Numbered from the stretch's first letter, positions 10,601 to 19,683 are shown. The stretch is DNA of 64,000 nt from Candidatus Yanofskybacteria bacterium (GCA_016185525.1 JACPNK010000006.1:22728-86727); one strand, 5' to 3'. Made by a program: numbers and translations. The notes: generated from the letters alone by a model not told the origin.

Positions 10601-11267
10601 TTCTGATGTTGAAGGACGGGTTGTGGAGATTAAAGAAAGTGCCCGCCAGCACTCCATCAATATTGTTACAACTACAGGCGAGGAGAAATCTTTTACCGCT
10701 CCTTTGGGTCAGGTTTTATGGATCAAAGAGGGCGATGAAATTGTTCCCGGCCAGCAGTTGACTGAAGGACATGTTGACCCCAAAGAGCTTTACACAATTA
10801 CCAAAGACATAAATGCTGTTGCCAACTACATTATTCGTGAAGTTCAAAGCATATATTTTGCCACTGGTGAAGGAATTAACAACAAACACGTTGAGCTGAT
10901 TGTCAGGCAGATGTTTTCCCGAGTCAGGATTATTGATGCCGGAGACACTGATTTGCTTCCGGGAGACATTGTTGAAAGAAGACAGTTCAGAGAGCAAAAC
11001 GATCTTGTCAAAAAAGAAGGCGGAACAGAGGCAACATTTGAGTCTTTTGTTTTGGGCATCAGTAAAGTCGCTCTCTCTACCGAAAGCTTCTTGTCTGCCG
11101 CTTCTTTTCAGGAAACAGCCAGAGTTTTGATTGATTCGGCGATTGTCGGCAAAGAGGACAAACTTCGAGGCCTTAAAGAGAATGTCATTATCGGTCGTCT
11201 TATTCCTGCAGGAACCGGTTATAACGTTGACTTTCAAGATGTGCCGCAGGAACCGGTACAGGAATAG
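7668..11267 (+). CDS. rpoC: DNA-directed RNA polymerase subunit beta'
   Basis: 1199 aa; NADFDGDQMAVHLP catalytic motif; zinc-finger CGKYKRIRYKGIICDRCG. Confidence 0.97.
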   Translation: MNNFTSLKLKIASPEEILEWSYGEVTKPETINYRTQKPERDGLFSEAIFGPVKDFECYCGKYKRIRYKGIICDRCGVEVTRSIVRRERMGHIRLASPVAHIWFLRGVPSKVAVVLDVSLVELERVIYFASYIVMRVNEELKAEAMKKIENEFRSKIKNAKDENEAIRLKEQKDYEKNNLRAIKKYQILSELDFRDLSLKYGEVFEAGIGAEAIKKLLGEIELNDLVKATDNELKATDNPNIRKKMIRRLKLLRGMIRNNIRPEWMILDILPVIPPALRPMVQLDGGRFATADLNDLYRRVINRNNRLKHLLELHAPEVITKNEKRMLQEAVDALIDNSMRRGQTMISASTGQKRALKSLADMLKGKTGRFRQNLLGKRVDYSGRSVIVVGPNLDIDQCGLPKHMALELFKPFVVHKLISAGLAHNIKSANRLIDQQIPEVWQALEESIKDKLVLLNRAPTLHRLSVQAFRPSLIEGKAITIPALPTSAFNADFDGDQMAVHLPLTNEAQKEAKDLMLASHGILKPSTGEPVAAPSKDVVFGCFYLTHPGDNLLGEGKTFSSEEEALLSHNNGFTDLRAKIKIKTDKKIDANELLENGFITTTVGRIIFNRGLPEDFRFVNKTLTKGQLKALEAELLDERGEEETVKFLNTAKNLGFHYATISGVSFAVEDLRAVSDKQSMLDEADQKIEEGRGLYDQGLLTEYERKSKAIEVWTDVKSRLEKMVKQNFKNDDSVFMLVESGARGSWATVNQLAGMRGLFANPAGELIELPVKGSFKEGLSVLEYFLSTHGARKGLVDTALNTAQAGYLTRRLVDVAQDVVVKEKDCKDKDGYVMLTEDGKQIGESLGKRIKGRVILEDVLDKDGEVVIKKGTLISKDLAAKIDSLNLDKIRIRSIIACRAKDGICQYCYGYDLSKNRLVEVGEAVGIVTAQAIGEPGTQLTMRTFHTGGVAGGGDITMGLPRVEEIFEARTPSAKALVSDVEGRVVEIKESARQHSINIVTTTGEEKSFTAPLGQVLWIKEGDEIVPGQQLTEGHVDPKELYTITKDINAVANYIIREVQSIYFATGEGINNKHVELIVRQMFSRVRIIDAGDTDLLPGDIVERRQFREQNDLVKKEGGTEATFESFVLGISKVALSTESFLSAASFQETARVLIDSAIVGKEDKLRGLKENVIIGRLIPAGTGYNVDFQDVPQEPVQE

Positions 11268-11273
11268 AATTCG

Positions 11274-11457
11274 GGAACTTGGCGAACATCACTTCTTTGG
11301 TACGTTCGCTGATTCCAGCCTGCCTGCTGGCAGGCAGGCGGCAGACTCACTCGCTGTTCGCCTGGGTTTTGGCTGGAGTTACAGAATAATTATACTCCAG
11401 CCAACAAAGCAAACCGCAGGCTCACAGCGACCCAGAAGTAATTTTCGCCAAGTTCCC
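11274..11457 (+). ncRNA. structured intergenic element copy A (candidate ncRNA or cis-regulatory RNA)
   Basis: Closing helix GGGAACTTGGCGAA/TTCGCCAAGTTCCC; conserved blocks shared with copy B at 15789-15921; hairpin GGCTGGAGT-loop(TACAGAATAATTAT)-ACTCCAGCC. Confidence 0.45.
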
Positions 11458-11553
11458 TTAGTAAGCCTTGCCTGATTATGTCACTTGCGGGAGTGGGCAG
11501 GTTTTATATAATAAAAACAAGGTCGAGCTAATTTCTAAAAGAGTTCTACTTAT

Positions 11554-11787
11554 ATGATAAAAAAAATAGCGGTTAGCGTTCTCATTACTTCAGTAGTGCT
11601 TTTAACATTTTTAGCGGTACTCTCCATTTGGGATGTTTTACAAAAAGATGTTTTAGGGAAATCTCTTGCTACTCTAGGTGTTATAGCCTTTGCATCGCTG
11701 ATTGTATTGTTGGCAGCTAAATACATAGAGGATCACCCAAGGACAGGCGGTAAAGAAGATCCTGGTCAGAACAATTTTGTTCAATAA
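11554..11787 (+). CDS. small two-TM membrane protein
   Basis: 77 aa hydrophobic ORF downstream of element copy A. Confidence 0.5.
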   Translation: MIKKIAVSVLITSVVLLTFLAVLSIWDVLQKDVLGKSLATLGVIAFASLIVLLAAKYIEDHPRTGGKEDPGQNNFVQ

Positions 11788-11890
11788 AACAAAATAATTA
11801 CATCAAGGCGCCGCCTTGATGACGCACATATCCCAGCTTAAAAGCTTGGGAGAAAAACCGCCATATGTGTGTGGACATTACCAAAGCCTC

Positions 11891-11919
11891 TTGACAGAGG
11901 CTTTGTCATTTGGTATCCT
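11891..11919 (+). promoter_or_regulatory. sigma70-like promoter TTGACA-17-TATCCT
   Basis: Lies within the hairpin AAAGCCTCTTGACAGAGGCTTT; precedes RBS AAGGAG and the ATG at 11955. Confidence 0.45.
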
Positions 11920-11954
11920 GTAGAAGCAGTATCAAGAAGAAAAGGAGAAAAAAC

Positions 11955-12308
11955 ATGTTTGAAGTTGTGGTTGCCATGGAAACGGTTGGGAAGTTTCCAA
12001 ACTTCCAAGAGGCTTTCAGAGTTTTCTTTGACAAAGTAAAAAAGTTGGTTGGGCAAGGGGCGAGTCTCAATGTTTTGGGAACTACTTGTTGGATTGAATA
12101 TTCAAATATACTGATGTATTTTTATGATGCCAGGGATCTGGCCTACAAAGTCGGTGTTTTGAAAGGTAGAGGGGAACTTGTTGATCCTTTGCCTAAGATT
12201 GACCATCAGGTTATTGACGTGGCTTTCGCCGAAAGAGCGCTAGTTGCATTTGAAGAATTCATGATGGTGAAACCTGATGAGCCCTTGGAATATAAGCTCT
12301 TGAAATAG
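11955..12308 (+). CDS. hypothetical protein (117 aa)
   Basis: ATG with an AAGGAG RBS; the longer ORF from 11910 starts at TTG and is less likely. Confidence 0.5.
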   Translation: MFEVVVAMETVGKFPNFQEAFRVFFDKVKKLVGQGASLNVLGTTCWIEYSNILMYFYDARDLAYKVGVLKGRGELVDPLPKIDHQVIDVAFAERALVAFEEFMMVKPDEPLEYKLLK

Positions 12309-12386
12309 CGCGCAGACTGTGAACGGGTTTAAGTATAACCCGTTTTTTGCTTTTTTTGACAGTCTCTAATATGATATAATGTACTT

Positions 12387-14576
12387 ATGTCCAAGAAGAA
12401 AGAATGGAAAAAGAGAGAGTCGGCAACGGCAGAGTCCAAGCCTCTTTTTGACTTGTCGCAAGAGACCAAGAACGGTATTTGGGGGGTATTGAGTTTTGGC
12501 TTGGCAATCTTAGCGACTCTGGCTTTTTTTGATAAAGCCGGACGGGCGGGGGATATTTTTAATAATTTAGCAAATTCACTTTTTGGCTGGGGAATGTTTT
12601 TGGTTCCGCTGGCCTTTTTAATTTTGGGAGCTTCCTTTGTAAAATCGGTTTCCAGGAAAATTTATACCAGCGCTATTTTCGGCACTTTGCTTTTTGTCCT
12701 TACTTTTTTAGCCTTGTTTTTCATTATCGGCCAAGGCGATTTTCAGGCCAGAGTTGCTCAAGGCGGATATTTGGGAGTTCTGATCGGCTTTCCGGTTCTC
12801 AAAGCTTTGAGCTTTACCTCTTCTTTAATTGTTCTGGTTTTGCTTTTGCTGGTTTCTCTTTTGATTGCTCTTAACATTTCCGTAGCCAACTTGCTTTTCA
12901 AGAAGAAAGAAGAAGATGCGCCATTACAGGATAATGTCGTGGTGAAAAGGGGGACGGAAGTGGTGGATATGAAAGAGGAGTCAAGAAAACACGAACCTGC
13001 TCCTAAAGTTGTGCCGGTTAAAAAAAGTATTGTTGACGAAGAAAAAGAGTTCGTTCTAAAAATGAGCAAATCTGGCAACTGGACTTTACCGCCGCTGGAA
13101 CTTTTACATACCGACACAGACCAGCCCCGTTCGGGAGATATCAATGCCCATGTCAATATTATCAAAAGAACTTTATCCAACTTTAACATAGAAGTGGAGA
13201 TGGGCGAGGTTTCTATCGGGCCGACTGTTACGCAATACACTTTGCGTCCGGCGGTGGGGGTCAAACTTTCAAAAATCACCACTTTACAGCCAGACTTGTC
13301 TCTGGCTTTGGCGGCCCATCCGATTAGGGTGGAAGCGCCTATTCCGGGTAAATCACTTGTGGGTATAGAAGTTCCTAACAAAAAGTTTGCCTTGGTGGGG
13401 TTAAGGAATCTGATTGATACCGATGAATTTAAAAAAGGCAATTCGGTTCTGCCTATCGGACTGGGGCGAGATGTCGCCGGTTTTCCGGTTTTTGCCAGTA
13501 TGGAAAAGATGCCTCATCTTTTGGTGGCCGGCGCTACCGGCACGGGTAAATCCGTTTGCATTAACGCGGTAATTTTATCCCTCTTATACAAGCACTCTCC
13601 AAATATTCTTAAATTTATATTTATTGACCCCAAGCGCGTTGAACTTACCGCTTACAATGGCATTCCTCACTTGGTTACTCCGACAATTGTAGACCCCAAA
13701 AAGGCCGTCAACGCCTTGAAGTGGGCGGTCAGAGAAATGGAAAAAAGATATGAATTGCTTTCGGCGGCTGGGGCTAGAGACGTTTTTTCCTATAACTCTA
13801 AAATGTCCGGCAAGAAAGATATTGAGGTTATGCCTTTCGTTGTCATAGTCATAGATGAGCTGGCCGATCTTATGGCTTCTCACGGCCGAGATATAGAGGG
13901 AGCGATTATCCGTTTGGCGCAAATGGCGCGAGCGGTTGGCATCCATCTGATTGTTTCCACTCAAAGACCCTCGGTGGAAGTTATCACCGGCCTTATCAAA
14001 GCCAATATCACTTCACGAATCGCTTTTCAGGTTGCTTCAGGTATAGACTCGCGGACGATTTTGGACTCTTCCGGTGCGGAAAAACTTTTGGGCAGAGGTG
14101 ATATGCTTTTCCAGGCAGGCGATACGGCTAAGCCGAGGCGTATTCAAGGCGCTTTTGTTTCCGAAAAAGAAGTCAAAGATGTGGTCAAGTTTATTAAGAT
14201 GCAAGCCGAACAGGCGGCTGAAGAAGGTGTTGAGGAAAACGGCAATTTGGTGATTGAGCCGGATGCAGTGGTGGCTGATACTCGCGGCGGTTCCGGCGAA
14301 GACATGGGCGACGATATGTACTTTGATGCTAAAGATGTGGTGGTGCAGGCCGGCAAAGCTTCCGCCTCTTTACTCCAGCGCAGATTACGGGTAGGCTATG
14401 CAAGAGCGGCTAGACTACTAGATCTGCTTGAAGAAAAAGGCGTGATTGGGCCGGGTGAAGGCGCCAAACCGAGAGAAGTATTTATCGCCCGTTCTAATAT
14501 GGACGCCGGCATAGGAAGAAACATTGAACCGGATGACGGCAGTATGGCTGAAGAAGCGCCGACAGAAGAAACGTAA
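12387..14576 (+). CDS. ftsK: DNA translocase FtsK/SpoIIIE
   Basis: N-terminal TM helices; Walker A GATGTGKSV; C-terminal gamma domain LLQRRLRVGYARAARLLDLLEEKGVIGP. Confidence 0.9.
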   Translation: MSKKKEWKKRESATAESKPLFDLSQETKNGIWGVLSFGLAILATLAFFDKAGRAGDIFNNLANSLFGWGMFLVPLAFLILGASFVKSVSRKIYTSAIFGTLLFVLTFLALFFIIGQGDFQARVAQGGYLGVLIGFPVLKALSFTSSLIVLVLLLLVSLLIALNISVANLLFKKKEEDAPLQDNVVVKRGTEVVDMKEESRKHEPAPKVVPVKKSIVDEEKEFVLKMSKSGNWTLPPLELLHTDTDQPRSGDINAHVNIIKRTLSNFNIEVEMGEVSIGPTVTQYTLRPAVGVKLSKITTLQPDLSLALAAHPIRVEAPIPGKSLVGIEVPNKKFALVGLRNLIDTDEFKKGNSVLPIGLGRDVAGFPVFASMEKMPHLLVAGATGTGKSVCINAVILSLLYKHSPNILKFIFIDPKRVELTAYNGIPHLVTPTIVDPKKAVNALKWAVREMEKRYELLSAAGARDVFSYNSKMSGKKDIEVMPFVVIVIDELADLMASHGRDIEGAIIRLAQMARAVGIHLIVSTQRPSVEVITGLIKANITSRIAFQVASGIDSRTILDSSGAEKLLGRGDMLFQAGDTAKPRRIQGAFVSEKEVKDVVKFIKMQAEQAAEEGVEENGNLVIEPDAVVADTRGGSGEDMGDDMYFDAKDVVVQAGKASASLLQRRLRVGYARAARLLDLLEEKGVIGPGEGAKPREVFIARSNMDAGIGRNIEPDDGSMAEEAPTEET

Positions 14577-14712
14577 ATTGACCTAATTGCTCTAATTAAC
14601 CTAATTTCTAAAAAATAACCAATGTCTAATTTTAAAATTGGGATTTAGAAATTATTTAGGTCAATTAGAAATTAGAAAAATTAGAAATTTTAATCGGAGG
14701 GATAAATATATT

Positions 14713-15765
14713 ATGGCAAAGGAAAAAAATAAAGACGGCAAAAGTGCGGTCAGTGAGAACAGTAAAAGTGCCAGCACTGAGAATAGTCGAAGTGTTGACT
14801 TGGCTGTCAAAGAAATTCAGCAAAAATACGGCGACGGGTCAATAATGAAACTGGGCGATGCTCGGAAGGTTGATGTTGACGTTATTCCGACTGGTTCAAT
14901 TTCGCTTGACCTGGCTTTGGGTGTCGGCGGTGTGCCCCGGGGAAGAATGATTGAAATTTACGGACCGGAAAGTTCCGGCAAAACCACTTTGGCTTTGCAT
15001 CTTGTGGCCGAAGTTCAAAAAATGGGCGGAACGGCGGCTTATGTGGACGCTGAACACGCTCTTGATCCGGAATATGCCGGCAGAATTGGCGTAAAAACCA
15101 AAGACTTGCTGATTTCCCAGCCAGACCATGGTGAACAGGCGTTGGAAATAGTTGAGACGCTGGTCCGCTCCGGTGGGATAGATTTGGTGGTGATTGATTC
15201 GGTTGCGGCTTTGACGCCAAGGGCGGAAATTGAAGGGGAGATGGATCAACAGCACATGGGTTTGCAGGCGCGTCTCATGTCGCATGCCCTACGCAAACTC
15301 ACCGGAATTGTTTCAAAGACTAACACCACCGTTGTTTTCATAAACCAGATCAGGCACAAAATCGGAATTATGTTTGGTAATCCGGAAACTACAACCGGTG
15401 GTTTGGCTTTAAAATTTTATTCTTCGGTTAGAATAGAAATTCGCCGGGCGGCGCAAATCCAATCGGGCGAAAAAATTATCGGTAACCGGACTAAAGCAAA
15501 AATTGTAAAAAATAAAGTGGCGGCGCCGTTCAAAGTTGCCGAGTTTGATATTTTGTACAACGAAGGCATCTCGCGTTTGGCAGACTTGGTAAATACTGGA
15601 GTTAATCTGGGCGTGGTTGCCAAATCCGGCAGTTGGTATAACTTTGGCGAACAAAAACTGGGGCAAGGGATTGAGGGTTCTCGCCAATTTCTAAAAGAAA
15701 ATCCTAAGATAGAAAAAGAAATTCTCTCAAGCGTCAAAAAAGCGGCGGCGGTCAAAGAGGCGTAA
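14713..15765 (+). CDS. recA: recombinase RecA
   Basis: [20 protein letters not shown] Walker A; RecA L1/L2 regions; GGAGG RBS upstream of the ATG at 14713 (table ORF starts earlier at 14638). Confidence 0.95.
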   Translation: MAKEKNKDGKSAVSENSKSASTENSRSVDLAVKEIQQKYGDGSIMKLGDARKVDVDVIPTGSISLDLALGVGGVPRGRMIEIYGPESSGKTTLALHLVAEVQKMGGTAAYVDAEHALDPEYAGRIGVKTKDLLISQPDHGEQALEIVETLVRSGGIDLVVIDSVAALTPRAEIEGEMDQQHMGLQARLMSHALRKLTGIVSKTNTTVVFINQIRHKIGIMFGNPETTTGGLALKFYSSVRIEIRRAAQIQSGEKIIGNRTKAKIVKNKVAAPFKVAEFDILYNEGISRLADLVNTGVNLGVVAKSGSWYNFGEQKLGQGIEGSRQFLKENPKIEKEILSSVKKAAAVKEA

Positions 15766-15788
15766 TTTTTACAAGCTTCGCAGATACA

Positions 15789-15921
15789 GTCTTTTCGGTA
15801 CTTTCGCTGATTCCAGCGATCAGCTCACTCGCTGTTCGTCTGGGTTTCAGAAGGAGTTAAAGAATAATTATACTCCTTCTGACCAAGCAAACCGCAGGCT
15901 CACAGCGACCTCAAAGGCTGT
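15789..15921 (+). ncRNA. structured intergenic element copy B
   Basis: Closing helix GCAGATACAG/CTGTATCTGC; hairpin CAGAAGGAGT-loop(TAAAGAATAATTAT)-ACTCCTTCTG; conserved CAAGCAAACCGCAGGCTCACAGCGACC. Confidence 0.45.
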
Positions 15922-16114
15922 ATCTGCTACGCTTTAGACGACATCTTGCCTGCCAAAATCTCCACTATTGGTTTCAAAGTGATCGGCAGTTACTTTTTAG
16001 AAAAATCTCTAAAGGCCCGACCTTTTCAGAGGACTGTCCTTAAATCTGAAAAAAGGACAGTCCTCGGATCGGACCTTGGTGTTAAAACCCTTGCAAAACA
16101 AGGATTTTAAGGTC

Positions 16115-16144
16115 TTGCGCAGTCACCAAGTTTTGTGGTATAAT
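16115..16144 (+). promoter_or_regulatory. promoter with extended -10 (TGGTATAAT)
   Basis: TTGCGC-18-TATAAT with TGn; GGAGG RBS then ATG at 16164. Confidence 0.4.
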
Positions 16145-16163
16145 ATAATTTGGAGGTAAGAAC

Positions 16164-16349
16164 ATGAGAAAGTATGTAGTTCTGGGTGGTGCTCTATTGG
16201 GTGTCGCCTTGGCGCTCTTTTCCAAGGCAAACCCTGAAATGTTGTTGTTCAGGGGAATACCACTCGCGTTCCATTTTACCATTATTGGGGCGGTCGTGGG
16301 CAGTCTCACCCACGACATTGCCACCTCTTTTGGCAAAAAAGAGGAGTAG
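16164..16349 (+). CDS. small membrane protein (61 aa)
   Basis: Two hydrophobic helices; good RBS. Confidence 0.5.
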   Translation: MRKYVVLGGALLGVALALFSKANPEMLLFRGIPLAFHFTIIGAVVGSLTHDIATSFGKKEE

Positions 16350-16452
16350 AGAAGAGTAGTTCAACCAGTTCTCCGGCAGGGGGGGTCCAAAAAGCTCTCT
16401 GCCGGAGTTTTGACAACAGGATTTTTTCAAAGAAGAATTTGCAAAGGAGGCG

Positions 16453-16785
16453 GTGATGGCAAAATACTGTATGTTGGTCAGTGACGAAGAGGAAAGCCAT
16501 GTCGTTTGTGACTGTGGTGAAGATGTTTTTGTGCGGGGTCTTGAGCCGCTACGAAAAAAAAGTCTGGATTTTGCGTTGGACCAGCTTGAGACTAAAGGCC
16601 AAGTAAAAAAGTGCTCGTGTTGCGAGCACCGAGTAGTTGTCTGTCGGGATTGTGTTGATGACGATATTTTCTTATGTATTTGTTGCAGGAAGGAAGCCGA
16701 CGAGTTGCCCGAGTTTTACAACTCGGATGATGACTTTCGGGAACTTGCCGGGGTCTTTGAGGGTCACGACGGTTATGACGAGTAA
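16453..16785 (+). CDS. cysteine-rich (zinc-ribbon-like) protein with acidic C-terminus
   Basis: CDCGED...CSCCEHRVVVCRDC...CICC; RBS AAGGAGG. Confidence 0.5.
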   Translation: MMAKYCMLVSDEEESHVVCDCGEDVFVRGLEPLRKKSLDFALDQLETKGQVKKCSCCEHRVVVCRDCVDDDIFLCICCRKEADELPEFYNSDDDFRELAGVFEGHDGYDE

Positions 16786-16923
16786 ACCTTAGTGTATTTA
16801 CCGAGTGTTTACTGAGGACTGTCCTCAGGAGTGGTCAAAAGAAAAGAGAAAAGAAAAAGGAGACTGAAAAGCCCTGTACCGTATGGTATGGGGCTTCATT
16901 TTTAAAACTCTTGCTTAAAAACT

Positions 16924-16954
16924 AAAACCCCTTGCATTAATGCAAGGGGTTTTA
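16924..16954. terminator. bidirectional rho-independent terminator
   Basis: AAAACCCCTTGCATTAATGCAAGGGGTTTT palindrome flanked by A/T runs. Confidence 0.7.
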
Positions 16955-16957
16955 GCG

Positions 16958-17026
16958 TGGAGCCAAGGGGAATTGAACCCCTCTATCCGAATGACAATTG
17001 CGGATTCCTCACCTTGAGGTGGCCCC
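16958..17026 (-). tRNA. probable reduced tRNA (about 69 nt), tentative anticodon UGU (Thr)
   Basis: Minus strand ends ...AGGGGTTCAATTCCCCTTGGCTCCA (T-arm + acceptor); 5' GGGGCCA pairs with TGGCTCC; atypical D region, so the assignment is uncertain. Confidence 0.4.
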
Positions 17027-17196
17027 TTAAACTCCACAAAGTTATCCTATCATTTTAGTATTAAAAATTAAAACTGGAATTAAAAAAAGAAAATCCGAGA
17101 ATTTTCTCGGATTTTCGAGGCTAAATTGAACCCGCAATTGTCAACTTAAAGTATAGCAAATTCAAAAATCTTGTCAATGACTAATGTGGATAAACC

Positions 17197-17403
17197 TTAT
17201 TTTCTTGTCTGCGCGCGAGTATACGGCATCAAAGCCATGAAGCGGGCGTGTTTGATGGCGGCGGCGAGCTGGCGCTGATGTTTGGGGCAGAGGCCGGTGC
17301 GTTTGGCGGTGATAATTTTAAATTGACCCGTTGTAAACTTGCGCAATAAACGAGCGTCTTTATAGTCAATCGTATTTATTTTTTCCTGACAGGCGATACA
17401 CAT
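17197..17403 (-). CDS. rpsR: 30S ribosomal protein S18 (short N-terminus)
   Basis: IDYKDARLLRKFTTGQFKIITAKRTGLCPKHQRQLAAAIKHARFMALMPY. Confidence 0.85.
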   Translation of the reverse strand: MCIACQEKINTIDYKDARLLRKFTTGQFKIITAKRTGLCPKHQRQLAAAIKHARFMALMPYTRAQTRK

Positions 17404-17485
17404 GTTTGCTTCGCAAACTAGTTATCAAGTTAAAAGTTCATCAAATTCTTAAAGTTTTTACTTTATAACTTTATAACTTTACGAA

Positions 17486-18037
17486 CTAGAAAGGTATATC
17501 TTTCAAATCTACTTCCGCTTCTTCAATTTCATTGCTTGAAATTATCGGTTCGTTGATGGGCTCGTTTTCATTGATAACCGGTATTTCTTCGTCTTCAATT
17601 TCCTTAGCTGTTATTGCCGGTTTTTGTGAGGTGAATTTCTGGGACATCGGGCTGGAGTTTTGAGAGTAACCATTGCTGTTGCCAAGGCTTCTTGAGCCGG
17701 ATTCATTTGTTGTGCGCGGACCCAATTGTATGTTTTCAGCAACTACTTCTGTTCTGTAGCGTTTCAAATTATCTTGTCCGGTCCAAGATCGCGTCTGCAA
17801 TCTGCCCTCTATCATTACAAGTCCGCCCTTTTTTAGGTACTGGGCGGCTATCTGCGCCAATCTGCCCCACAAAGTGATGCTGTGGAATTCGACCTGCTCT
17901 TGTTTTTGTCCCGATTGGTTTGTCCAGACTCTGTTTGTCGCGACTCGCATACTGACAACTTCTTGCCCCGTGGCGGTGGTTCGGCTTTCCGGATCAGCCG
18001 CCAAACGGCCTACTAAAATGACGCGGTTTAAGTTCAT
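17486..18037 (-). CDS. ssb: single-stranded DNA-binding protein
   Basis: OB-fold N-terminus; C-terminal acidic tail ending DIPF. Confidence 0.9.
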   Translation of the reverse strand: MNLNRVILVGRLAADPESRTTATGQEVVSMRVATNRVWTNQSGQKQEQVEFHSITLWGRLAQIAAQYLKKGGLVMIEGRLQTRSWTGQDNLKRYRTEVVAENIQLGPRTTNESGSRSLGNSNGYSQNSSPMSQKFTSQKPAITAKEIEDEEIPVINENEPINEPIISSNEIEEAEVDLKDIPF

Positions 18038-18043
18038 GTTATT

Positions 18044-18499
18044 TTATAATTTAGTTATTACTTCTTCAATTTGTTTTTCAATTTCTTCCGGTTTGACTTC
18101 TTCTTTTGGTCTCTTTTCTAGTGCCGGCGGCGTATGGGTTCTAATCTTTGGTCTGGAAGAAGTTTCTTTGATACTTCTTAAAACTCTCTGATTTTCTTTG
18201 ATCTTAAGTATCAGAAATCTAAGCAAAGAGTCGTTGAGTTTAAGCTGATTTTCCAAGGGCTTAATCGCTTCCGTTGGCGATTTAAATTCAACAACTCCAA
18301 AGAAAGAAAAGCGTTTGTGTTTGAGAGGATAGGAAAGTCTTTGCTTTTTTGGTTCCCTTGAATTCAAAATAGTGCCGCCAAGCCGGGATATTACATCTTC
18401 TATTTCCTTGAGTTTGGTTCCAGTTTCGCTCTCTTCCAATTCAGGCAGAAGATGGAAACCGAGCTCGTAGTTGTCTATTTTTTGTTCTAATTCCGCCAT
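18044..18499 (-). CDS. rpsF: 30S ribosomal protein S6
   Basis: MAELEQKIDNYELGFHLLPELEE...; classic rpsF-ssb-rpsR order. The table ORF extends to 18655 but an in-frame ATG with RBS sits at 18499. Confidence 0.8.
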   Translation of the reverse strand: MAELEQKIDNYELGFHLLPELEESETGTKLKEIEDVISRLGGTILNSREPKKQRLSYPLKHKRFSFFGVVEFKSPTEAIKPLENQLKLNDSLLRFLILKIKENQRVLRSIKETSSRPKIRTHTPPALEKRPKEEVKPEEIEKQIEEVITKL

Positions 18500-18537
18500 T
18501 TTGTATGGTGGCATCCTAACAAAGAAAGTTAGTTGAG

Positions 18538-19557
18538 TCAAATTTTTATTTCCACCACGTCGCCGTCTTGGACTATGTAATCTCGGCCGACAAGTTTCAA
18601 GGTGCCGTTTTCGCGTGCTTTGCCCCACGAGCCAGCCTCCACTAACTTTTGCCAATTAATAACTTCTGCTCTAATGAAAAGTTTTTCAAAGTCAGTATGA
18701 ATAGCCCGGGAAGCTTTGGGGATAGGTGTATTTTTGGGCGCGGTCCAGGCCCGGGTTTCGTCTTCCCCCGTGGTTAAGAAGGTGATTAAATCCAGAAGCT
18801 TATAACTTTTGGAAATCAGTTCATCTAAACCGGAGTGTTCCCGGAAGACTTCTGTGAGGTATAAATCTTTTTCTTCCGGAGAGGCTTCAGACAGCAGAAG
18901 TTCAAAATTAGCGGACAAGACGACATATTGTGATTCGCCCATGGCTTTGATTAGCTCCGGTTCCGGTTGCCAGCGGTTTTTAACCTGCTCTTCCGAAGCG
19001 TTTAAAACATATATCACTTTTTTTGAAGCGAGCAGTTCCAATTCCGGCAATCCTGCCTGACCGGCAGACAGGTCTTCATTCTTGTTTTTTTTGGCCTTTC
19101 TTTTTTCTATGGATTGCAAATCGGCCAATGCTAACTCTGTCTTGATTATTTCTATGTCATGAACCGGGTCAACTTTGCTGTGGACGTGAATTATATTCTT
19201 GTCTTCAAAAACTCTTACCACATGAGCGACTGCATCCACCTCTCTGATGTTGGCCAAAAACTTATTGCCCAAACCCTCGCCTTCAGCGGCGCCTTTGATT
19301 AGTCCGGCAATGTCTATGAACTCAATTGCTGTCGGCACTATTTTTTTTGAATGAGAAAGTCCGGCTAGTATTTTCAGTCTTTCATCCGGCACCTCAACTA
19401 CGCCTACATTGGGATCAATCGTCGTAAAGGGGTAGTTGGCAATGGCTATTTGTTTTCCTGCCCCGTGGCCGCCGTCAGGCGACTTTACGGGGTTAGTTAA
19501 GGCCTTAAAGAGGGTGGATTTACCTACATTAGGCAGGCCTACGATTCCGATTTGCAT
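18538..19557 (-). CDS. ychF: ribosome-binding ATPase YchF (Obg-like GTPase family)
   Basis: [22 protein letters not shown]1 motif; C-terminal TGS-like [13 protein letters not shown]. Confidence 0.85.
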   Translation of the reverse strand: MQIGIVGLPNVGKSTLFKALTNPVKSPDGGHGAGKQIAIANYPFTTIDPNVGVVEVPDERLKILAGLSHSKKIVPTAIEFIDIAGLIKGAAEGEGLGNKFLANIREVDAVAHVVRVFEDKNIIHVHSKVDPVHDIEIIKTELALADLQSIEKRKAKKNKNEDLSAGQAGLPELELLASKKVIYVLNASEEQVKNRWQPEPELIKAMGESQYVVLSANFELLLSEASPEEKDLYLTEVFREHSGLDELISKSYKLLDLITFLTTGEDETRAWTAPKNTPIPKASRAIHTDFEKLFIRAEVINWQKLVEAGSWGKARENGTLKLVGRDYIVQDGDVVEIKI

Positions 19558-19683
19558 ATGCGGTGAATATTAGCAAAAATCCAGTAGATACGCCAATTTT
19601 TTGAGCTTGACTTTTTGCTGAAAAGGTATATGATTAAGGTATAGTTAGGATAGTTCCTTTATTTACTACTTGCCCGCTTCGAC
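19541..19683. repeat. direct repeat DR-L (ychF start + promoter region), partner at 23915-24056
   Basis: About 143 bp, roughly 93% identical to 23915-24056; includes the first 17 nt of ychF. Confidence 0.8.

Noticed and set aside
8186-11237. Numerous antisense ORFs inside rpoB, rpoC, ftsK, recA, groEL, pyrG, murD and dnaG
   Set aside because: They overlap strongly conserved sense-strand genes and show no coding signatures.
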